Origin: Terriglobia bacterium
GTDB lineage: Bacteria > Acidobacteriota > Terriglobia > 20CM-2-55-15
DNA: 64,000 nucleotides
Reading direction: 5' to 3'
NCBI GenBank assembly: GCA_963664115.2
Contig: CAXWPJ010000002.1
Location: 1 to 64,000 of the forward strand
The translations under genes were made by a program, and so were the position numbers. Position 1 is the stretch's first letter, and every line of letters begins with the position of its first letter. Of the stretch, positions 49,900-58,179 are shown piece after piece. Under the pieces are notes generated by a model. The model was not told the origin of the DNA. It searched no databases and was given only the letters and a program-made list of their open reading frames with translations.

Positions 49900-51735
49900 G
49901 ACCATCCCAACAACTGCACGCACCCGCTCCGCTATTGCTGCCGCTCCGATACCAAAGGCTTCAATGAGTTCTTCCGGTTTGCCTGAGCGGGGCACACCGC
50001 GCACTGCGATCTTATGGACCGGAGCCTGATTGCCGACCGCATTCAAAACCGCATCGCCAATACCGCCGTCCCAATTGTGGTCTTCGACAACGACGATATG
50101 TCCTGTTTCTTTCGCAGCCGTGGCCAGAGTTCGAACGTCAATGGGTTTCACGGAATAGGCGTCGATGACTCGGATGTTTAAGCCTTCGGCTTCAAGCACA
50201 GCCTGTGCTTTTAGGGCTTCATGCAGCGTCACTCCAGCACCTACGATCGTCGCTTGATCGGACGGGGAGCTTCGAAGTACCTTGGACCCCCCGATCTCGA
50301 AGCTCTCATCGGAGGGATAGAGCACAGGGGCCTTCGGCCGCGTCGTTCTGAGATAGGAAATGCCCGCGTGGTCCGCCATTGCCGCAACGAGGTGTTCGGT
50401 TGAGACCGCGTCACTGGGATACAGCACCACAGAATCCGGTATTGCCCGGAACATCGCGATGTCTTCCAGGCCCATCTGTGAAGGGCCGTCCTGTCCGATC
50501 GACACCCCACAATGGGATCCAACGAAATTGATATTGGCCTGCGAAATCCGGGCCATGCGGATCTGGTCAAAAGCTCGCGTTAAGAATGCGGCAAAAGTCG
50601 ATATGAAAGGAATCTTGCCGCAAGCGGCCATGCCGGCCGCTACGCCCACCATGTTTTGTTCGGCAATAAACATTTCGAAGAAGTGGTCGGCGTGCTTGTC
50701 GATTAGCTTCTGAGAGAACGTGGAATTTTTCGTGTCTCCATCGAGCGCCACTACACGGGGATCCTGGTCGACGAGCTTCACCAGTGCGTCCCCGTATGCC
50801 TCGCGGGTGGCTGTTTGGCTTCCGAGTTCCCTGGAAACCTGAATACGGTGCGAAGCGGGTCCGGATGCCGAAGCAACAGGCTTCCGAGGCGAGGGGGTGA
50901 AACCGTCCCCGGCGTAAGGCTGGGACAGCTCTTTGAGCGCTGCTTCGAGTTCGGCTTCAGGGACAGGTTTTCCGTGCCAGTTGTCCTTGTCTTCAAATAG
51001 GGAGACTCCCTTGCCCTTGAGGGTCCTCGCCACGATCGCTCGGGGCTTCTCCCCGCCCTTGGCCCGGCACTCCTTGAAGGCATCGACAATCTGATCGTAG
51101 TCATGGCCGTCGACTGTGACGGCATACCATCCAAAGGCCCGGAAGATCTCGGCATACCGATCGACATCGAAGCCATACATGGTCCGCTGGCTTTGGCCCT
51201 GCCCGTTGACATCGACGATTGCAAACAGGTTGTCGGCTTTGTAATAACTCGCCAGTGCTGCGGCTTCCCACACCGATCCTTCGGCGCATTCGCCGTCTCC
51301 CAACAGGGCGAAGGTGTCGTATCCGGCACCGTCGAGTCTGGAAGCCAAAGCGATACCCAGAGCTGCCGACAGGCCCTGACCGAGCGATCCGGTCGCGACG
51401 TCAACCCAGGGTATTCGAGGCGTCGGATGGCCCTCAAAATCGCTGTCGAATTTCCGCAGCGTCATGGGCGCATCGGGAGCGATCATGCCGGCTTCCGCAT
51501 ACGCTGCCCAGAGTAGAGGCGCCGCGTGACCCTTCGAGAGAACAAAACGATCGTTCGCACCATTGCCCGGATCGGCCGGGTCGTATCGCATCTCCTGGAA
51601 AAACATCACCGACGCGAGGTCGGCTGCGGACAGGCATGACGAGGGGTGCCCCGAGCCCGCCTCAGTCGTGCTTCTTATGGACGATACGCGCATACGACGC
51701 GCCTTTTCTTTCAGGAACTCGATCGATGGTGTCAT
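49891..51735 (-). CDS. tkt: Transketolase (single-chain form)
   Basis: SGHP, LSKGHA, ATGSLGQG, GDGE, IAEQNM, DGPSQ. Confidence 0.95.
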   Translation of the reverse strand: MTPSIEFLKEKARRMRVSSIRSTTEAGSGHPSSCLSAADLASVMFFQEMRYDPADPGNGANDRFVLSKGHAAPLLWAAYAEAGMIAPDAPMTLRKFDSDFEGHPTPRIPWVDVATGSLGQGLSAALGIALASRLDGAGYDTFALLGDGECAEGSVWEAAALASYYKADNLFAIVDVNGQGQSQRTMYGFDVDRYAEIFRAFGWYAVTVDGHDYDQIVDAFKECRAKGGEKPRAIVARTLKGKGVSLFEDKDNWHGKPVPEAELEAALKELSQPYAGDGFTPSPRKPVASASGPASHRIQVSRELGSQTATREAYGDALVKLVDQDPRVVALDGDTKNSTFSQKLIDKHADHFFEMFIAEQNMVGVAAGMAACGKIPFISTFAAFLTRAFDQIRMARISQANINFVGSHCGVSIGQDGPSQMGLEDIAMFRAIPDSVVLYPSDAVSTEHLVAAMADHAGISYLRTTRPKAPVLYPSDESFEIGGSKVLRSSPSDQATIVGAGVTLHEALKAQAVLEAEGLNIRVIDAYSVKPIDVRTLATAAKETGHIVVVEDHNWDGGIGDAVLNAVGNQAPVHKIAVRGVPRSGKPEELIEAFGIGAAAIAERVRAVVGMVKS

Positions 51736-51972
51736 AGCTGCGGTGTGCTCTCTTAGTGAAGGTTCAAGAACGAATGTTGCGACAAAAGATCGGCAAGTCG
51801 TGGGGATTATACGATGCTTCAATGGCCAGATGCGGGGCAAATCGAGGTGTGAATGGCAGACGGGTCGATAAATTTGTTCCGGGTCGGAGGAGCAGACACT
51901 TTGGCCGGGAATTCGCAGGTTTTTCGTAATTAGTATGCTTAGACTTTAACTATAAAAACTATAACAAATGTA

Positions 51973-52001
51973 TTGACAGCAGGCGGTGTTCTCGTCACAA
52001 T
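51973..52001 (+). promoter_or_regulatory. Near-consensus sigma70 promoter
   Basis: TTGACA-17-CACAAT with AT-rich upstream region containing AACTATA direct repeats. Confidence 0.7.
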
Positions 52002-52007
52002 TAAGCT

Positions 52008-52066
52008 TATCTCATTAATTTGAGCGTTCCCCATACTTGAGGCCCTGTTAACGCGGGGCCTTTTTT
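52008..52066 (+). ncRNA. Candidate about 60-nt sRNA
   Basis: Promoter immediately followed by a short hairpin, a TTCCCCATAC linker and terminator AGGCCCTG-TTAACG-CGGGGCCTTTTTT. Confidence 0.55.
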
Positions 52067-52380
52067 CGTCTCCGACCTCCAGTCCGCGCTGATTGGACCT
52101 GATTGAACTGCCTGGTTTATCCGAGAATTCCAAAAAGAACCACAGAGGCGCAGAACCACAGTAGGAATTAGCTAAGAGCTAATGGTTCGTTAACTTCTGC
52201 GTGTCGTCCGCTTTCGTCTGACTGGTACATGTGCCCGCCGACAGCTGTGCCAGTCCGCCGACGTTACGGTCTCTGCTACGTCAGAAATCAGACGCAATAA
52301 ATCGGATTCAGAACGGATTACCCGACAATTCTTACCTCAAACTAGGTCAATTCTTCCCCATTTATAGTTATTCCATAAAC

Positions 52381-52395
52381 TGGCGTTCTAATTGC
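52381..52395 (+). promoter_or_regulatory. Possible sigma54 promoter
   Basis: TGGCGTTCTAATTGC has the GG-N10-GC spacing. Confidence 0.45.
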
Positions 52396-52486
52396 GAACT
52401 GGTTCGAAGAGTTTCAGAAGCGGCAATTTACTGAACCGCCTGTGAACTCAAACGAAAACTGTTGCCCATGACAAACGGAGGATCCG

Positions 52487-53727
52487 ATGCCTGTTACTCC
52501 CAGATTGACTCGAAATATCGTATCGATCGGCCTGTTGGTGCTGCTGATGGGTGCGCCCGTTGCTTTTTCCCAGGAACAGACGTCCGAAGTGCAAGAACTA
52601 CGTGAGCGAGTCCAAGTACTGTAGAGCCTCGTACGGCAGCTTGCCGAACGCCAAGAGACAGGCGCAAACGCCGAGTTCGTACCTGCGGTTCTGACGAGGG
52701 TGTAAGCGATCACTGAAAAGTGAAGAAATCTGGACGAGTGCCGGAATTCGTGGACGTCATCGTCATCGCCGAGGCCCTGCCGAGGCCGCTTCAGTCCGTA
52801 TCCACGGGGCTTGGACAACGCTCGAAAGATTTTACATTTGCATCGCGCAAGCTTGAGAATCCGCCCCCCGTACGTCGAAGAATCAGCGACTTGGTGGGTC
52901 GGCTCGGGTTCAAAAAACTTCACTTTCTGGCGATCGCCAACAGACGAGGGAAACAGAATCAGCACAACCGGTTGTGCCGCCTGCGCGTAGACCGGTTCCT
53001 GCCGCAGCGATTCGTTCCACCTATATCCGTGAATTGCTTCCGGAAATAGGAAAGATTGGTGCGCAAATTGGAGTACTGGCCGGTGGATCGTTCAATCCCT
53101 GGAAACTCAATGAGGGTGCCTATGCCGGCGGGTTCATTGATCTGCCGTTGAAGCGAGTGCCGGGCGGCAAGTTGTCCTATGAAATATTAGTCGGACTGTC
53201 GCAGTCTCGATCGAAATTCGAGACAACGTCCCAGGTCGCCGCCGTCGCCAATCTGGCTGCGGGAGCGTCGCTATTCGGATGCACTGGCCGGAGCGCCGAA
53301 CGCTCCTTTTCCGACGAAGCAAATGACACGGACCCGTCTGCGCCTGCTCGAAGTCAGTCCGGTCTTGTTCAAGTACACGATTACAAATCTCGACCGGTAT
53401 CGAATTCGGCCATATATCGTTGGGGGCGGTGGCATATTCGTCACAATCACTAACCAAAACCCGCTGGAAGACAATTCCGCTTTGTTCACCGGCACCGCGC
53501 CCTTCGACGCGCCCCTTCTCGGCGGACAGATTTCTCAATCCCCGGAACTGGTTGCGCGCGGCATCCCCCAGGGACAAGGCAATATCGACTTCGGTTGGAC
53601 CATCGGCTTCGGTAATGAATGGCGCGCAACAGACTTGCTGAGCTTCGGTATGGAATATCGCAGCCGACAGATTGCGGGTGGCGGTAGCCTGCAGACATTG
53701 AGCAGCAAGTTTGGCTTTCACTGGTAG
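52487..53727 (+). pseudogene. Outer-membrane beta-barrel protein, disrupted
   Basis: GGAGG RBS, signal peptide, coiled coil with in-frame TAG 52622 and TAA 52703, frameshift near 53280, C-terminal beta-strands ending KFGFHW. Confidence 0.7.
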
Positions 53728-53737
53728 GAGGATACTG

Positions 53738-54253
53738 ATGCGTAGCAAATCGTTATCACGACGCGAACTGTTGGTCGGTGGAGGCCTTGCTGTGGCCTCA
53801 GTCGCCACCCCGGCCCTGGGGTGGACCCAGAGCGCAGCGCCCGAGGACGTTCCGGATGAAGCCATTCTGATTGCGGCTTTGGCAATGGAAGAAAGCACTA
53901 TTGGAACCTACGAAGGCATCTGCGATCTTCAGGTTCTCGGCAATAGCAATCAAGCGCTGGCCGAACAGATCAGCAAAAACCACGAAGCACACGCGGAGAG
54001 CCTCAGGAAATGGCTGCGTGAGTTTGGTCCGCTTCCTGACTCTACTCGAAGTGAGGGAAGGGGCCAGATTCCTACGGCCAACAACGCCTTGCAACTTCTA
54101 GTCGACGCCGAGAATACCGCTATAAACACGTATCTGACCCATGCGGCCAGTCTCCACTACCGGGGAGTGCTCGCCGACGCTGTCCGTATTCTTGTGGATG
54201 AGGTAAAACATCACACGATCCTGTCCGCACAACTCGCACAGCGCATTGCCTGA
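53738..54253 (+). CDS. Tat-exported ferritin-like protein
   Basis: AGGAGG RBS; SRRELL; E..HEAH..E..DEVKH four-helix pattern. Confidence 0.8.
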   Translation: MRSKSLSRRELLVGGGLAVASVATPALGWTQSAAPEDVPDEAILIAALAMEESTIGTYEGICDLQVLGNSNQALAEQISKNHEAHAESLRKWLREFGPLPDSTRSEGRGQIPTANNALQLLVDAENTAINTYLTHAASLHYRGVLADAVRILVDEVKHHTILSAQLAQRIA

Positions 54254-54266
54254 GGAGGAAATCGAC

Positions 54267-54797
54267 ATGTCAAGAACGAGCTTACGCTTGAACAGCAGAC
54301 AGTGTTTCGGGCGCCTGACAGGAGTCATAGCCCTCGTCGCAGCCACCATGACTCTCGGATTTACACCCATCCTCGGAGCACAGTCGAGGGAAGGCGACCT
54401 GGGAATCCTCAGTGCTGCGGCGGCGCTGGAATTGCAGGCAATCGCAGCCTACCAGGCGGGGGCTGCGACCGGTCACCTGAGTCCCCCCATACTTCAGGCA
54501 GCCGTCGGTTTTCTCGAGGAGCACCAGGCCCATGCTCAGGCATTAAACGACACGCTTGAAGCCCTGGGTGGGGAACGTGTCGAAGCCCATCAGCAGCATA
54601 ATTTTTCTGCCTTACCCGATGAGCAGGCAATTCTGGAGCTCGCCCTCGAGCTGGAAGAAGGCGCCGCCAGCGCCTACACAGCATTAGCAGCGAACCTGGA
54701 AAACAAGGATGTCTTAGTCGCTGCTGCCGGCATTCTGGTGGACGAGGTGCGACATGTGACGACATTGCGGTCCGTGCTGGGCCTCCCCGTGCTGTGA
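54267..54797 (+). CDS. Secreted ferritin-like protein (paralog)
   Basis: GAGGAGG RBS; LELQAIAAY, HQAH, ELEE..AY, DEVRH. Confidence 0.82.
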   Translation: MSRTSLRLNSRQCFGRLTGVIALVAATMTLGFTPILGAQSREGDLGILSAAAALELQAIAAYQAGAATGHLSPPILQAAVGFLEEHQAHAQALNDTLEALGGERVEAHQQHNFSALPDEQAILELALELEEGAASAYTALAANLENKDVLVAAAGILVDEVRHVTTLRSVLGLPVL

Positions 54798-54886
54798 GGT
54801 AGAGGGGAACAGAGCGAGCGGAGGGGGTGGGACGAATTAGTGGGCCGCCCCAACCCGCAACCTTTAGTCACGAATCACTTAACTGA

Positions 54887-54946
54887 GCAGAGGACTCAAG
54901 CTCTGCCGAGACCTGGTCTCGTGGGGGTTCAAGTCTCCCTCCGGCA
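54887..54946 (+). pseudogene. tRNA-Leu-like 3' relic (CAA-type loop)
   Basis: GCAGAG-GACTCAAG-CTCTGC, long variable arm CGAGAC-CTG-GTCTCG, T arm GGGGG-TTCAAGT-CTCCC, 3' CCGGCA; no 5' half. Confidence 0.55.
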
Positions 54947-54975
54947 TGCTCCTTCTGCCATCTTCAGCAGCGTAC

Positions 54976-54994
54976 TACCATAACTGATATGGTA
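54976..54994. promoter_or_regulatory. vapBC operator palindrome
   Basis: TACCATA-ACTGA-TATGGTA overlapping a TAATAT -10 element. Confidence 0.6.
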
Positions 54995-55007
54995 ATATGG
55001 CTGCACT

Positions 55008-55295
55008 ATGGCAACCAAGGTTACGTTTACTCTGGACGACGAAACCATCGAACGCCTCAGGCAAGCGGCCGAACGCATCCAGAAGCCCAAGAGTCAGGTC
55101 GTACGGGAAGCTATTCGAGACTTTGCGGATCGACTGGGCAAACTGTCTGAAAGGGAACGGGTCGAGATGCTCAAGGTCTTCGACCAGGTCATCCCGGCAA
55201 TTCCAAAGCGACCGCTGGCCCAGGTCCAGTCTGAATTAAAACGTATCCGGGAGTCGAGGCGTAGCGGAGGTCGACGGACCGCAACGAAACCGTGA
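55008..55295 (+). CDS. vapB: CopG/RHH antitoxin
   Basis: KVTFTLDDET...KSQVVREAI ribbon-helix-helix; GTGA overlap with the PIN gene. Confidence 0.8.
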   Translation: MATKVTFTLDDETIERLRQAAERIQKPKSQVVREAIRDFADRLGKLSERERVEMLKVFDQVIPAIPKRPLAQVQSELKRIRESRRSGGRRTATKP

Positions 55296-55663
55296 TTCAT
55301 CTGGATACTTCGGTGCTGGTCGATGCCCTGTCTGGTCCCCAACGATCGGCCACCCAACTTCGCGATTTGTTCGACGCTCACGAACGAATATCGATCAGCA
55401 CACTAGTCCTGTTCGAATGGCTTCGTGGACCACGAATCCCACAGGAACTCGCCGCCCAGGATCTTCTGTTTCCGGGGCGTGAGGCAATACCGTTCGGTTC
55501 AGATGAAGCGGAATTGGCCGCAAGCCTCTACGGCTCAGTCCGGCGGGGAAGGGGCCGGGAGATCGACCTCGCCATTGCCGCGTGCGCCATCATGCACGAC
55601 GCCTCCCTGTGGACGCTCAACATAGCTGATTTCGAAGACATCCCCGGACTGTGGTTGACCTGA
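55292..55663 (+). CDS. vapC: PIN-domain toxin
   Basis: LDTSVLVD, FE, DLAIAA, TLNIADF. Confidence 0.9.
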   Translation: MIHLDTSVLVDALSGPQRSATQLRDLFDAHERISISTLVLFEWLRGPRIPQELAAQDLLFPGREAIPFGSDEAELAASLYGSVRRGRGREIDLAIAACAIMHDASLWTLNIADFEDIPGLWLT

Positions 55664-55896
55664 ACCGGGACGGGTCGGAACATGCGTGCCGGTGTCTAAG
55701 AGAATCCTTGAATCGCCCCGGCTTTCCCGGCGCGATTCTACAAGCGGAGGTCATCAGCATCACGAGAATCCCATCCCGTGAGCGTCTGGCAATCGATCGC
55801 TCCATTGCGGTTATGCGCACTCTCTGCAGACTCAAAAGATGGTGCGAACAATCAGAAGTCTGATGCGCAGGGAGATTTCTAGCAGTTAGACCTCAA

Positions 55897-55980
55897 GCCG
55901 GTGTGTCGGAACCGACAGATGCAGCGGACCTAAAAACCGGTCTCCGCAAGGGGGTGTAGGTTCAAGTCCCACCACCAGCA
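55897..55980 (+). pseudogene. Degenerate full-length tRNA-Leu(UAA)
   Basis: Acceptor GCCGGTG/CACCAGC with one mismatch, loop CCTAAAA, GCAA variable arm, GGTTCAAGTCC; anticodon stem broken, D-loop GG lost, no CCA. Confidence 0.7.
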
Positions 55981-56184
55981 CTAATCCTTCTCTCACCTTC
56001 CTCAAGCCGAGACCAGCGGGGCACCATGATCCCGCCTCGGCGTCAAGGGGATGGAACCATCCCCCTTCTTGAAGGATTGCAGCCTGGGCAGCAGAAGCTT
56101 GCCACCCTCCCGTATCCCCGACGGAACGGGAACCGTCCGCAAGGCCATCTTCATTCCGAACGGTATCGTAGGAATATCCTCCTA

Positions 56185-56213
56185 TTGACGCGTGTACCGA
56201 TACGCGGTACAAT
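56185..56213 (+). promoter_or_regulatory. higBA promoter and operator
   Basis: TTGACG-17-TACAAT with internal palindrome GTACCG-ATACG-CGGTAC; ATG 5 nt later. Confidence 0.75.
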
Positions 56214-56218
56214 CAAAT

Positions 56219-56497
56219 ATGATAGAGACATTCCGACATCGGGGCTTGAAGCGTCTCTATGAAAAGGGCGATGCCAGCAAACTCCGAACAGATCAGGTGA
56301 AAAGAATCGAGGATGTTCTGGCTCACCTGGACGTGGCGAGCAAGCCCTCCGAGATGGATTTTCCCGGATATCGTCTGCACCGCTTGAAGGGCGATCTCAA
56401 GAATGTCTGGAGTGTCAGCATCTCCGGTAACTGGCGCATTACGTTCCGCTTTGAAGACGGTGACGCATTCGACATTAATTTAGTGGATTACCACTAG
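56219..56497 (+). CDS. higB: HigB (RelE/ParE) toxin
   Basis: MIETFRHRGLKRLY...LHRLKG...WSVSISGNWRITFRF...VDYH. Confidence 0.93.
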   Translation: MIETFRHRGLKRLYEKGDASKLRTDQVKRIEDVLAHLDVASKPSEMDFPGYRLHRLKGDLKNVWSVSISGNWRITFRFEDGDAFDINLVDYH

Positions 56498-56511
56498 AAA
56501 GGAGACAAACA

Positions 56512-56805
56512 ATGCCCATGAAGAATCCGCCCCATCCGGGCCGCTCGGTTAAAAACGCCTGTCTTGATCCGCTCGACCTTGACGTGACAACCGCAGCCAA
56601 GGTGCTTGGCGTTGCTCGGCATACGTTGTCCCGCGTCATTCACGGACATTCCGGCATTTCGCCGGACATGGCGATCAGGCTAGAAAAGGCCGGATGGTCC
56701 ACAGCCGATCATTGGCTCCGCCTACAGACGGCTCACGATCTTGCTCAGGCGCGGCGCAATCAGGATCAGATCAAGGTTGAACGCTATGAGCCGCATCATG
56801 TCTGA
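56512..56805 (+). CDS. higA: HigA antitoxin
   Basis: PPHPG, HTH, ISPDMAIRL, WLRLQ. Confidence 0.93.
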   Translation: MPMKNPPHPGRSVKNACLDPLDLDVTTAAKVLGVARHTLSRVIHGHSGISPDMAIRLEKAGWSTADHWLRLQTAHDLAQARRNQDQIKVERYEPHHV

Positions 56806-56905
56806 TAATTCGATTCTAGTTGAATCCGTGGAAAGACTTGCCGCTGATCTTACCCTCACTGGTCGGTTACGGTATCGATAACGCACCGATAGAGAGGTAC
56901 GGCAC

Positions 56906-58177
56906 ATGACTAATTTCTCGTTCATTCACGCGGCGGACATTCATCTCGACAGTCCCCTTTCAGGCCTGTCCGCCTATGAGGGGGCTCCTGTCGAACTGTT
57001 GCGCAACGCGACCAGAGCGGCCTTTAGCAATCTGATTGATGAGGCAATTAGCGAACGCGTTGATTTCATGGTGATTGCTGGCGACCTCTATGACGGGAAC
57101 TGGAAAGACTTCAACACCGGATTGTTTTTCGTCAGTGAAATGGGACGCTTGAAGCGGGAGGACATCCCGGTCTTCATCGTGCAGGGCAATCACGATGCGG
57201 AGAGTGAGTTAACCAAGCAGCTAACTCTCCCTGACAACGTGACCGTGTTTTCAACGCGGAAAGCCGAAACCCATCAACTGGAAAATATTGGCGTCGCCCT
57301 GCATGGCCGGAGTTTCCGCGACGCGAAAACAGAAGAAAACCTTGCCGTCGATTACCCGGCAGCCGTGACTGATTGTTTCAATATCGGTGTCCTGCATACG
57401 GCGGTGGAAGGGCACGCCGAACACGCGTCATACGCGCCATGTTCACTGTCGGACCTCACCGGTAAGGAGTACGATTACTGGGCTCTGGGCCATGTTCACG
57501 AGCACATAATTCTGAGCGAAGTTCCGCTTATCACGTTTCCTGGCAATCTCCAGGGACGCCACATTCGTGAGACTGGACCGCGCGGGGCGCTGTTGGTTAC
57601 GGTGGAAGATGGCAAGCCTACCATCGAGCGCCTGTTCGTTGACACCGTTCGTTGGCATCGAATTGAAATAGACGCAGGGGAGGCCCATTCCCTGCAAGAT
57701 GTTGTGCTTCTAGCGCGTGACAGGCTGGAAACGCTGCTCCGCGACGATGCCGACGGACGACCTCTTGCGGTGCGTGTCATTTTCACGGGACGATCCCGAG
57801 CCCACGGCGAGCTGTTTGGCTTAGAGGCTCAAATGCGCCAAGAAATCCTCGCCGTGGCCAATGCACTGGGAGACAACGCCCTTTGGATCGAAAAGGTCAT
57901 CCTTAGCACTACACCCAAACTGGATGCTGCTGCTATTGAGGGCCGCTCCGATGCTATAGCAGATTTACAAAGCATCCTGGCCAAGGCCGGAAGCTCTCCG
58001 GAAATTCGGCAACGCATTATCGACGACTTGATGGTACTGGTCACCAAAGCCCCTCTTGAGTTGATCGATAAAGTATCTGAACTCGGCGCAATTAGGACAG
58101 GAAATATTGAAGATCAACTGGAGAAAGTCTCTCGGGATCTGATTGCTCATTTGGTCAGCGAAGGGGGGACACGATAA
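56906..58177 (+). CDS. Mre11/SbcD-like metallophosphoesterase (YhaO family)
   Basis: ADIHLDSP, AGDLYD, GNHD, LHT, ALGHVH. Confidence 0.92.
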   Translation: MTNFSFIHAADIHLDSPLSGLSAYEGAPVELLRNATRAAFSNLIDEAISERVDFMVIAGDLYDGNWKDFNTGLFFVSEMGRLKREDIPVFIVQGNHDAESELTKQLTLPDNVTVFSTRKAETHQLENIGVALHGRSFRDAKTEENLAVDYPAAVTDCFNIGVLHTAVEGHAEHASYAPCSLSDLTGKEYDYWALGHVHEHIILSEVPLITFPGNLQGRHIRETGPRGALLVTVEDGKPTIERLFVDTVRWHRIEIDAGEAHSLQDVVLLARDRLETLLRDDADGRPLAVRVIFTGRSRAHGELFGLEAQMRQEILAVANALGDNALWIEKVILSTTPKLDAAAIEGRSDAIADLQSILAKAGSSPEIRQRIIDDLMVLVTKAPLELIDKVSELGAIRTGNIEDQLEKVSRDLIAHLVSEGGTR

Positions 58178-58179
58178 TC

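Noticed and set aside
52622-52624. In-frame TAG as recoding (pyrrolysine or alternative code)
   Set aside because: The same gene has a TAA and a frameshift, and TAG is a normal stop elsewhere in the window, so this is decay.
52414-52965. Minus-strand ORF with HEFRHS resembling a tyrosine recombinase motif
   Set aside because: No other catalytic motifs, and it largely overlaps the barrel pseudogene on the plus strand.
55897-55980. Functional tRNA-Leu gene
   Set aside because: Broken anticodon stem, acceptor and T-stem mismatches, lost D-loop GG; reported as a pseudogene.
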